DNA of 64,000 nucleotides from contig CM052832.1 of the NCBI GenBank assembly GCA_028534125.1, positions 19,284,001-19,348,000 of the forward strand, in the 5' to 3' direction. The stretch is from Lama glama (taxonomy: Eukaryota). Of the stretch, positions 35,701 to 47,700 are shown piece by piece (position 1 is the stretch's first letter; each line of letters opens with the position of its first letter). The notes under the pieces are model-generated. The model had not been told where the DNA came from and searched no databases. It worked only from the letters and a program-made list of their open reading frames with translations. Both the position numbers and the translations under genes were made by a program.

Positions 35701-38700
35701 ATCTTCCTCTCCTGCAAAATACTCCTCGCTCTAGAAAAGACTCTTCTAACGTGATACCCACTCCCTTAGTGCTTCTGTTCAGGGTGAGGGAGGAAGTTTA
35801 CCTCTTATATTCTATCAGAAGCCTTTTTACTTGTAAAAAGGGATACTTTGTTCCTGTTTAATTATTTAGTTTATAAATTTTTGTTTTGAAAGGAATGAGA
35901 ATGAGAAATGAAAACATTTGAGACAGAAAAGACAAAAGACATAGAAGGCAAACTTATGGGTACCAGAGAGGAAAGGGGATGGGTGGAGGGATAAAGTGGG
36001 AGTTCGGGATTTGCAGATGCTAACTGCGGTACCTAAAATAGATAAAACAACAAAGTCCTACTGTATAGCACAGGGAATTGTATTCAGTACCTCCTAATGG
36101 CCTAAATGAAAAAGAATATGAAGGGAAATATATATGTATAACTGAATCACTGTGCTGTACAGCAGAAATTAACACAGTATTATAAACCACTTATGTGTCA
36201 ATTAAAAAAAAAAGACACTGGAGTGTTGGGCAGAAAGAGACACAGCTGGAAATCTGTCTCTTCGTCTCTGTTCATGTGATCGGGGAGCAGCTCAGCAGGT
36301 GGAGCTGGAGGGAGGGGCAAAGCTATAGAGTCTGGGGTGACCAGCAGCGCGTGGCTGCCTGTGTTGCTGTAATGCCACCTGCTTATCCACCCTCACCAGG
36401 TAGGACTCTGACCCTTTACCAGCTCTGTCTGGCTAAGGCATGAACACCTCTGCCCTAAGACTTGGAGGTGGTTTGAAGTGCATCACTGATTCTCAGTAAA
36501 GTTCATACTTGAAAGAAGGTAGAAAAATGCCCAAACTTATTTGACTATTTTCCAGTGACTGCAGCCTACCTGAGAACCCTCTGTTCATTGCATGTGGCAG
36601 CCAGCAAAAGAACACCCAGGGGTAAGTGGGTTCTAAAATTACTCATAGAAAAAGAACATCTCATTAGGTGGGGTGCTCAGTAGACACTGCATGTGTGGGA
36701 TCTGTAGACAGAAGGAGTTCAAATCCCAGGTCTGCTATTTACAACTGTGTGATTTTTTTTTTTAAAGAAAGTTGCTTATTTTTTTTTTTTTTGAGCTGTG
36801 GCTTCCTTTTTTTGAAAAAATACATATTCATAGTCCCAGAGTTGTGGTGTGGATTATGTGCAAGATGGATGTAAAGCAAGTAGCATGTTTGTAAGTTGCT
36901 CACTAAATACTAAATGGTAGTTAATAGTATTGTTATCATCATTATTACTCATAAACTTTATCCAAATTTCACCCCGAGAAAGGAATTCCCTATGAGACAG
37001 GGTGGGGAGAAGCCCTCCCAGGTAGGGACAGGCCCAGGATCCAGGGTGTGTTCTAAGAGGAGGTTTTACTCCCTGCTGGAGTCAGGTACCAAGCACTAAC
37101 TGTTCACCCATGCATTTAATAACTAATCCTATAAATAAGATTCCTAATAAAGTATTACCGATTATAAAATAGTATTTCCCCCTCATGAGGTGCCAGGAGC
37201 TAGTGTAGGCATTTAGGGACCTCATGGTGAACAAGGCAGAGGATGGTGGCCTAGCAGGGGGACAGGTGCAGAACGAGAACTTGTAAACACCCTTAAGTGT
37301 CAGGAGGGAAGAGTGCTGGGTGCTCAGGGGTGTGCACCACTGTGTCCTAACCCAGTCTTGGCGAACTTCTGAAGTGATGCTTCAACCAAGATATTTAAGG
37401 GTGTGCAGGAGTCAAATACTCAAAAAGAGGGCATTGCAAGGAAAGGTGCTAAGGTGAGAGAGTTGAGAGCTTCCAAAGAATTGAACATGTGTAGAAAGGG
37501 TTCAGGGAAGCCCTCACTCTTTAATTGATTCAAATAGGTTAAGTTTTCTTTTGTTTGAATTGAATTGCACACCTTTAGATCCGGCTTGCAACCTCTAGAT
37601 TGTCGAATCCCTGCACTGGCTGGTCCCTTCACTCACTTTTTCTTCAGCCTCCACTTTAATCATTTCTTTTTTTTTTTTTTCCTCTTCTTTTTTTGGTGGT
37701 GGGGGGGGGGTAATTTGGTCTATTTATTTACTTATTAGGTTTTTTTTTTAATTAATGGAGGTATTGGGGATTGAACCTAGGACCTCATGCATGCTAAGCA
37801 TGTGCTCTACCACTGAGCTACACGCTCCCCTCTCAGTCATTTCTGAAACCTGCCTGGCTTTTCTAGGCAGATGATCTGTTAGGCTGGTTAAACGATATGA
37901 ATTTGAAAATGTATTTTATTGTATAATGAATTCTTGCATGTCTTATTTATTTAAAGATAAATCCGTACACCTGTATACCAGTTTCCCAAACAGCTATAGA
38001 CCCTTTCTTGGCCATTTGTATGAAATGTTAACATAACTTTTGATTTTTTTTCTTTTAGTAATCTGGAGGGAATTCAGACCTTTAATGTTTACAGAACTTT
38101 GAGGCTATAAGAAACAATTTTGTAAGGGCAGGCTTTTAAACCTTGGAAATTGTGTTATTAGAAGATTTTGTGGAATCTCTTATAAAAGTTTTTTTGAAAA
38201 AATTGGTTTTTGTGTTGCTGTTCTTTCAACTTGCAGATGTTAATATTTTATGGCCTTTTAACCTGTGATTAACAGGTTTTTCAACTCAGTTATTTGGGGA
38301 AGTGGGTTGTTATTTCATCAGTCTTCACCATTTTATTCCTTTCTTTTCAGCAGCTCAAAAGCACAGAAAAATGATTTTCATAGAAATGTGACTATATCCC
38401 TCACTAACAATATTGGGAAAAATATACACTATACCAAAAGAGGAGTGTTCTTTAAATTTAGTGTGGACTCCTGGACCCCGGTAAGAATTTTTTTTTTGGT
38501 GGGGGGAGGCAATTAGGTTTACTTATTTATTTTTATTTAATTGGAGGTACTGGGGATTGAACCCATGACCTTGTGCATGCTAAGCATTCGTTCTACCACT
38601 GAGCTATACCCACCCTCCAAGAATTTTCTGCTTTGAATGGAGATACCTGCTGCTTCCTGTGAGATGGTGTTTTGTAGAGTTACTGGCTGTTTAATCATTC

Positions 38701-41700
38701 ATTGAAAGTCACCTGGGCATGAGCCAGGCTAGCAAGCATCCTTGGCCTCCAAGTCTGGTTTGTTCCAGAGACTTCCTATGATGCAAGTCTTGACCTCAGT
38801 GGCCTTTGGCAAGTCCAGTGGGGCCCAAGGTGGCCCTGGGCACCAGGCCAGTCCTACTTTGTCCTTCCTACAAAGTGTGTCAGCAGTATTATAGGCACAC
38901 CATGCAGAGCCCCACGCTAAGGGTCACCACTGCATATGAAGTTCCTCCACGAGATCATCTTTTAAGTGTCAGACACTCTACTGGAGGGACAGAGGATGAA
39001 AGGGAAATAGACTCTGACATTTAGAAAATTGCAGTCTAATCGGGGTAATCAATAGAAAAATAACCATACGTGAGTAGAATGTGACAAATACCATGGTTGG
39101 GGGCAAAGAGGATATGTAGCCTCTCAGATAAAAAAAAATTCTACCCCTGCTATCAGAGAAGGCTTCATGGAGGAGGTGGCATTTGAGTTAGGCCTTGAAT
39201 AGTAGATAATTTCTCATCATTGAGCATGTATTTCTGGTAGTGGGTTGGAAAAGTTTCAGGATGTTTGGCAATCTGAGCAGTCTTGTTTGCCTGCAACACA
39301 AAGATATGAGATACTTAAGAGAGTTGGGAGGGGAAGTAGGCATTGGATTGTGGAGAAGGTGAGCTGGGCGAGGGCTGGGGTAGGTGTGTGGCCTGTGCCA
39401 TCACGCTGAGAAGGGTCTCATGCTTGGTTTAATGCTCTGCTGTCAATGCCTTAAAATTCTGAGTACCTTTGGGGTAAGAAGCTCCACGTTTTCATTTTGC
39501 AATGGGTTCCCCAAATTATGTAGCCACTCCTAGACCTGGGAAGTTCCATTATAGCCTGTATCATTCTGTCTTGCAATTATTTGAACCTGTCTCCTTCACA
39601 AAAGGTAAAGTTGTGTAAGAGAAGGACTTTATATTCCCAAGGCCTGGCGTGGTGCATCCTGGATGAACCAGGAAGTCAGAGCGGGGCATCAGTGAGCAAT
39701 CTGTGGGTGGCCTCCCAGAGGGGGTAGGGAGGGAAAACAGAAGGCACAGCCTCTTCCTGCAGAGACTGAGCTGTCCAGGGCTGCCTCTGCTCCGAGCTGG
39801 TTCTCCTCTGGGGCAGGCCTGGGAATTCTTGTTTAGTTTTATGTCACCCCAGTGTTTGGTTTCGAGTTGTGTCCCCTGAACTCTGATGGCTCTAGTGCCC
39901 GGCCAGGTTGTTCAGGGCCACTCCGGTCTGTATTTGTGTCTCTGTAGTAACCACATTAAGAACAATTCAGCATCTCAAGCTGAGGGGTGTGTTGTCCCTC
40001 CAGTTCTCTTGCTTACAGCTCCCTGCACTCTGCACGTGACCTCTCAGGCCTGCCCGGCTTCTTGGGACACAAAGCAAATCCAGCAGCATCACAGTTTGGG
40101 TGTGGTTTGGAGGGTTTCTGGCATCCTGGTGGGATTTCAGGGGGAAAAAGAGAATATATATACAAATATAATTATAGTTCTTGATTTGAATGGACTTATC
40201 TTTTAAAAAGTTTTGGTCCATAATAATTCTTTTGTTGAGTTGATTCTGCAGATTAATACAGACCATCCTGACTTGGTTGCTTCAGGTTAACCCCCGCTGA
40301 CTTTCTCCCAGTGATGACCTGACCTCTAGGGCTATGCCCCCCACCCCTGAGTACATATCGGAGGTGTGATTCCACTCTTCTCATTGCCTATGATAAGTCT
40401 TCTTTGTTGTTGATAAAAATCGATATTTTTATTTCTCAGCACTTGTGAAATCCTGTTTCCTTTACCAAAGTCCAATGCTTTTGACAGGAAACGGTAGCTT
40501 TGTAGACGATGCTGTGTCTTTGTCTGTAATCATGTTATTTCAGGATTCCCTATTCTTCATGTACCAAAATTTGAAAACAAGCCTCCAGGCAATGTTGACT
40601 GGCAGCTCCCTGGAGACACCGAAGCATGTTTCGAGCCCCTTAGCATCTTATTTCTTGTCATTTCCCTACACAAGGCTTGGCTGGTAGGTATAAGTTTATC
40701 TAATTCCTGAATGTTTTCATCAGTATGAATTTCATGTGGTCATTCACAGATGTTTAAAATGGTGCCTGTTAGCACTTTATTCTCCAATCAATGCATCATT
40801 TAACTTTACACGGCAAAAGCCTAGTACTCCACAGTAGTCTTATTAAGAGAATGTTAGGGATTCCTCTGATTTTAAAAATCAACTGTTACTGAACCGAATT
40901 TAGGTCTGCTCTCCTGATACACAGCAGAGCCAGTCTACTGACACTAAGTTGTGGTGAAGGAAAATACAGTTTATTGCAGGGCCCCAAGCAAGGAAATGGA
41001 AGACTAGCTTCAGATTCGACTCCAACTTCGTCTTTGACTGAGGGGTTTTCTTAAAGGGAAGAACAAAGAGCCTGGGATTACTCATCCTCTTGTGACATTC
41101 CTTAATCATAGTTTTGGGGGTCAGGATGTCTCTGGTTTATGAGTCTCTGGCCAGGTGGTCCATGGCTCAGGGGTCTGTTAGATCATCTTGCCCTGGAGAA
41201 ACAACTTGAGTTTGTACTTAATGATGACATCTCCGACAGTTTTAGCACATTAAGGATGTTATTACAACAGCAGTCTTAGTCACCTGACGCTGGTTGATTA
41301 GTGTTCAGTCAGCACAGGATTAAGGTCAGAGGGGACATGAAAGGGCATAAAGTATTTGACAGAAAGATTAATCAGTAAGGATGGTGCTTTAGTGGTGCTC
41401 GGATTCACAAAAAACTGAGCCCAAGGATTGAAAAGTGACCATTTTGGGGGGAGGTTTTGGTGAAGCATCTTCTTTTAAACCACACTTTCTAAATCCAAAT
41501 GGCAATGTGTTTCCCTTGGAATATACCGCCAGCCCTTCCTCTTCAAGCTGCTAATGCATTCCGCTCCAGCAGAGGGGATGGGAGGTCAATGTCTTCATTT
41601 GCTGTCTTTATTGGCCATTGACTAGTGAATAATGAATGGCTCTTCTTGGCTGCCTTCTGGAAAGATCCAAATGAAGGCGTCCTGCTGGGCTTGCTGCCAG

Positions 41701-44700
41701 GGGTGGGGTGGGGGAAGCAGCACAGAGGTCAGAGGTCCTTCCTGGGGACCATTTCTGGCCAGTGCCCAGCCTTGGGAGTGCAGAGACGAGCAGCATCTCC
41801 GTGGTATGTCTGACTCTACTCACCAGGCATCACACCTTTTAGAAACTCCTCCGCAGTTTTTTCTCTGTGTTGCTATTTATTCTTAGTGGCCATCAGAACT
41901 AGAATAGATAAGTGACTTGTGGTCATTCCAGCCCCAACAGAGACATTTGAACCATTGGACTCAGTTTGTCTATCTCTATAACTGGTAGGTCATGGAATCT
42001 CATTTAGAAACATCCAGTAAATATGTGAAACATTTAATTTTTTTCCAATATATGCCGCCCTCTGTAGCTCTGGTAGAAATAAAATGGTATACTTATCGCA
42101 AGCTTGTCTTTGGTCAGGTTCAGCAAATTGAAATGAGTTGAGCCGATCACAGAACATCCTGTGCGCCACTAGCAGAAGGCGAATTTCCTCTCTGCTCTCA
42201 GGTGGAGCCCGGAATTGCGCTTTGGCTGCTCCAGGTTTTGCACGTAGGACAAGATGCTTTGTGAGGATGCTTTTTTATCTGCTCAGATTATATGGTCCAG
42301 AGATGCCCAGAGGCCCTGACTGGTCCAGTTTTGTTGTTGTTTCTTGACCCCTGGAGAACAAGGCTGAATCACACAAACAGTAGAACCTTAGAGGTGAATA
42401 TTCACAACAGTATGCAGGATGGAGAAATCCATGAGAGGAAGTTAAATTCTAGATTCTAGAAAGGAAATGAGCAGGAGACAGTTTCGCCCACAGCTTTCAG
42501 TAGACACCACGGTGGGTTCTGTCTTCTTCTTTACAGGGCAATGGCCTCGGCTGACCTCAACCAGGATGGGTACAGCGACCTGGTGGTGGGCGCCCCGGGC
42601 TACAGCCGCCCCGGCCACATCCAGGTGGGGCGCGTGTACCTCGTCTACAGCAACGACCTGGGCTTGCCCCCTGTCGACCTAGACCTGGACAAGGAGGCCC
42701 ACGGGATCCTGGAGGGTTTCCAGGTAAGGCCCCCATCTCATATTTTCCCTTTTAATGTCAACAAGGCACTGTCCCCCTTTCCTGGCAAACTGTCCAGGGT
42801 GAATGACCAAGGGCAAGAGTAATGATAGTACCTGACAGCTGGTGGCCTGCATTTGTGTAGGACTTTTCATTGTTTTAAGGCATGTCCACTTCATTCATCT
42901 CATCTTATTAACTTTAAGTGTTTAGTCCAACAACTTCCAAAAACACACATACTATTTAGTGACATTGAGTAGCCACTCAGGATATGTCTTGATAACACAA
43001 AACCTCATTTTACTTTTTTTTTTTTTTTAAATATCTAAATGTTTTATCTTATAAGAATTTTAGATTCCCAGAAAAGTTGTGAAGATGGTACAGAGAGTTC
43101 CTCGCACAGGCCCGTGCCCAGTTTCCCCTGTGTTAACGCCTTACATAATGGTGGTTTACTTGTCAAAATTAAGAGACCAGCACTGGCTCATTTCTGTTAA
43201 CCAAACCATTAACCGAACCCCAGACTCTGTTCAGATTTCCTTCCTTTGTTTTAAGGGGTTATTCATCACCAGAAAAATCCCGCAATGACTGTATAGATGT
43301 CATTCTGCACGGAGGCAGCACAAATTCCTTTCGGGAGCACTAGAGACCTGGAGGGTTTCCTCCTGGCGTCACTGGTGTTCCGTCCTCACACAGCAATAAA
43401 TAACAAGGGGCCTACAGAGCCCTGCTTCCAGCCACCGATGCGTGTGGGGGCTTTGGTGGCACTGGAAGCTCCAAATATCAAGCACCAGGGGAGTCTGTGG
43501 TCAGATTGTTTCTTGTCCCAGACATACCACTAGAACTTTCCGTGTGGAGTTAATGCCGTGAAGACAAAATGAGATGGCATGCCTGGACATACTTTATATT
43601 ATGAAAGGTCCGATGGTTTGTGATCTAGTTTAAGCTCTGCTGGAAGGAGCCTTGAACCCAAGAGGAGTTAATAAGTTGACTGGCCAGTGTAGAAGGTCAC
43701 ATGGTCCAGAGGGACAGCATTTTCTGGAAACTTCTGACACCACATGAGAAAGTTCCAAAATAAAGCAACCCATTCCTGTTTCTTCTTACTTCTCACCAAG
43801 CCATTGCCCTGTCAGACTGTGTGTAAAGTTGATTCTCTGGGCTCCTGTAGAAAAGGAATAAGAGAGACAGCTGCTTCCCGTGGCTGATAAACTCTCAGAC
43901 ACCTGGGGTGAGGAAGGAGGTAGCTCCAGTGTCGGTTGATAATTTGGAAGAAGTCCACATGAAGGCATGCACTGGGGATGGCAGTCCCACAGTCATCCCC
44001 CATCTGCAGTTAACCTCTCTGTGTCCTTGTCTGTGCAATGTAAGATAGGATAGATATCGCGTGCATTTGCCTACTTTAGAACACTGTGCTTTTCTTGGAA
44101 TGACTGGTTACCCTGTGGGAGGGCTTGATGGTAGAGCTGGTGGTGATGAAATGAACCTGTCTTCAGTGGGCAGGGGCCCCCACATTATTGGTCCCCACCC
44201 TGCCCCAGCGTGCTTGTGTCCCGGGGCAGTCCTCTCTCGTTTATCAAGTTCCTCCCTTGTAGGAAGGGGCTGTGTTCTCAGATGCCATTGCATCCAGGTG
44301 TGGAGAGATTAGTCAAGAAATAATAGATGTGGGTTCTGGGGCATGTGTGTTATGTGGCAAATATCACTTGTGCAAGACTATTGTTACATCAGTTGTGAAA
44401 GAATAGAAGACGTCGTGAGTTACTTTTAGATTCAGGCTGGTTCTAGATAATAGTAGAGGAAAGATGTAGAAAATCCGCCTGGGAAGAAAATTGCCCCTGA
44501 CTGGACTGAGTTTTCCATCTGTAAACCAGGGAAGTGGGGATAATAAAAGTATCTACCTTATGTAAAGTGCTTAAACAGTGTCTACAGCATCGTCAATAGA
44601 CCTTTCTGTGATGATGGAGATGTTCTAAAGCTTCACTGTTCAATATGGGACCTACCAAGTGCTTTGGCTTTTGAGCATTTGAAATGTGCTAAAAAAATGT

Positions 44701-47700
44701 GCAACTGAAAAATTGGCTTTTTTTTTTCTGGCTTATTGTTAAGTAATTTAAATGCAATAGCCTCGTTCAGCTAGTGGCTACCGCGCTGGCCAACACAGCT
44801 CTGGAACATCCTGAGTGCTCAATAAAGGTTAGCTGCTATTGCCTGGCGTGTTAGGTGGTCATTTTGGATACTTTCCAAGAGGAGTCTGGTCCTTAACATG
44901 GGCACCATGTATACCGGACCATTTTCGATAAAATAAAACCCCAGAACTTAGAAGAACCGACCTTTCTGGCATCTCATCTTCCCCCCGAGGCAGACAGACA
45001 TGCCAAGAACATCCTTAGGGCAGAGGGGCCCATCTGGCGGGTCTGGGCTGAGTTACAATTTGCTGCCGTCTTGTTCCTCGGTGCTGGGAGGGGTCCCCAG
45101 GCCCCTCCACTCCAGAAGTCAGGAGGGCTCTGCTGCAGGTTATGGCTGAACCCGGGGGAAGTAACTGGTGCCTCTTCAGCCCTCAGGTCGCTTTGGCTCG
45201 GCCGTGGCCGTGCTGGACTTTAACAAGGACGGCGTGCCTGACCTGGCCGTGGGAGCCCCGTCGGTGGGCTCCGAGCAGCTCACCTACACAGTAAGGCTGC
45301 TGCTGGGGGCGGGGGCGGGGGCAGGGGGACGGGTGGGAGGGGAGGGGACACTGAGCAGAGGCGGTGTCTGTGGAGCCCCTGTGGAAAGCAGACCATCAGG
45401 GTGCCAGGCAGAGTGTTTGTGGGGAGATGATCCCGGCCCTCTGTTCGATTCCTCAGTGTGACTGCAGGTTACCTGGCAGCACCTGTTCCTGCCTCCTTGG
45501 CCTTAGTTTGGCTTCGTGGGTGGAATTTCCCAGTTCCCCCAGGTGCCCTCCTCCTACCCCCTCTCTCCCTGCGGGGGATGCTGCATGATAGTGAAGTGAG
45601 GCAGAAATGCCAGCCGATCCACAGCTTCCTGTCTTCCCGGCAGAGAGGTGACTTCCTGGATCTTTCCTGTCATCCTCGGAACCTAATGTGGTCCCTATTT
45701 TCTTCCTGGGAGCAGAGATCCTGGGTCCTGGACCACAGGGCTCTCCTCCCAGGAGTCCTCCACACTGTTGCCAGGCACCACGAGTGACAGTGACGGTCAG
45801 AGACCCTTCATTTCCCTCTCCTGCCGCAGGCTCACCTCTTCCCCTTCCTCCTCAGCCTATTTCGAGATTTGTCATCTAGACCCGTTGGGCACACTTATGT
45901 TAGGACCCGTGCTCGTCCAGCCCCCTCCGTCTAGAAAGCCCTTTCTCCCCCACCACTGCTTTTTTTCTTTCTGTAGCAGTGGCATGTCACTTTCTGCAGT
46001 AAGTGTGATCTAACCCTGGGTCAGGAGACACTTGGCTGTCCTCACATAGCATCCTGTGCTTGCTGCATCTTTGAAGCACCTTACTTTGCAATGCCACAGT
46101 TGCCTCTTGGCCAGCTTTTCAGGAGGATAGATATTGGTCTTATTTATCATTGTGTACCCTGACCTTGGCTCACTATGGAAAACAAATGCTTGGAGGGGGA
46201 GTATGGATGGAGACAGGCAAGTTATAAGATAGAAACTGGTTCATAACACAGAACAAGAGCACAGCACGTGCCCCAAGGCAAGTGAGTGGTACCCACACGA
46301 CCAGGTAGTGTTCAAAGAAAGAATGGGCTGGGCTAGGGGAGGGCTTCATGGAAGAGGCAGAAACCCAGCCAAGTCTTCAAGAGGGAAGAGTGTTAAATAA
46401 GTCATTCTGTAAATACACTGAACAATTATGGATGGCAGATCTGGAGCAAGACGCTGGAGAACCAAAGATAAAAATGACAGTTTCTGCTCCAGGGGCTCTA
46501 ATCATCTGATGGAAGTGGCAGACTTGAAACAAACATTTCAGCCCAGCAGCAATGCACAGGACTGCTCACTGACTTCTGTCAGTAGTCAGCTCCTGACCCT
46601 AGGGAGCTCTGATGGTGATTTGTTTCATCATCAGTCGTCTTCGTTTTGCTATTATTTAAGGTTCTTGGGTCACCACCCAGCCTTATGGTCGCCCTGTGGT
46701 TTGTCTCACCTAGGGTGCAGTGTACATCTACTTTGGTTCCAAACAAGGAAGAGTATCTTCTTCCCCCAACATCACCATCTCTTGCCAGGTATGTGGACCA
46801 CCTTCACCAGATGGAGAAAAACTAGAACTCGCTGAATCCTAATGGCCTCTGGGGCTGAGTAGAACAGGTTTCATGTTTCCTCTTCAGGACACCTACTGTA
46901 ACTTGGGCTGGACACTCTTGGCTGCAGATGTGAATGGAGACAGGGAGCCTGACCTGGTGATTGGCTCCCCTTTTGCACCAGGGGGAGGAAAACAGAAGGG
47001 AATTGTGGCTGCATTTTATTCTGGCCCCAGCCACAGTGACAAAGGTAGTGCTTGGTGGGGGTGGGAGGAATGGGTGGGTGGAGACCTCAGCTGCTCTAGT
47101 TGGTGGTGACTTCTCTTGCCATTTGGGTTTGTGTCCTATTTTCCTAATTGCATATTGTTTCACCTGAATTTTCTAACAGTCTTACTCTTGCAGATGTCCT
47201 AGAAAATGACATGGATAGACTCACTGAATATACAGAGAGATCCAGCTTTGTAGATTCAGATCCAGGGGGGGGGGTGTACATAGTGACAGTATTCTCATAG
47301 TGTCTCAGTGGAAGAGTAGACACACTCGAGCATCACTGGGCTTAATGTCCAACAGGCCCAAGAGAAGTGAGCTCTAGAAATACGTTTCTTACTTGAGTGT
47401 GAGGTCCATTTCTGACATTGGGGCCCTGGGAATAGCATGGGGGCACAAGAGTTCTGGTAGAAATTCAGCCCCATGAACCCATCTCTCATTATTCTACAAA
47501 AAAAGCCCCCTCTGTCTAGTCTGGTGGTCTTCCCACTTCAAGTAAAAGGCACTGGCTGTCTTGTGTAGAAAATCTGAACGTGGAGGCGGCCAACTGGATG
47601 GTGAGAGGCGAGGAGGACTACGCCTGGTTAGGGTATTCCCTTCATGGTGTCACTGTCAACAACAGGACTTTGCTGTTGGCTGGGAGCCCCACCTGGAAGA

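Noticed and set aside
10911..38618. tRNA-like A/B box sequences
   Set aside because: They are SINE heads with A-rich tails, most with TSDs, and lack a complete cloverleaf; not tRNA genes.
46789..46887. 99-nt intron 16 as a possible in-frame retained intron
   Set aside because: Contains an in-frame TAA, so retention would truncate the protein.
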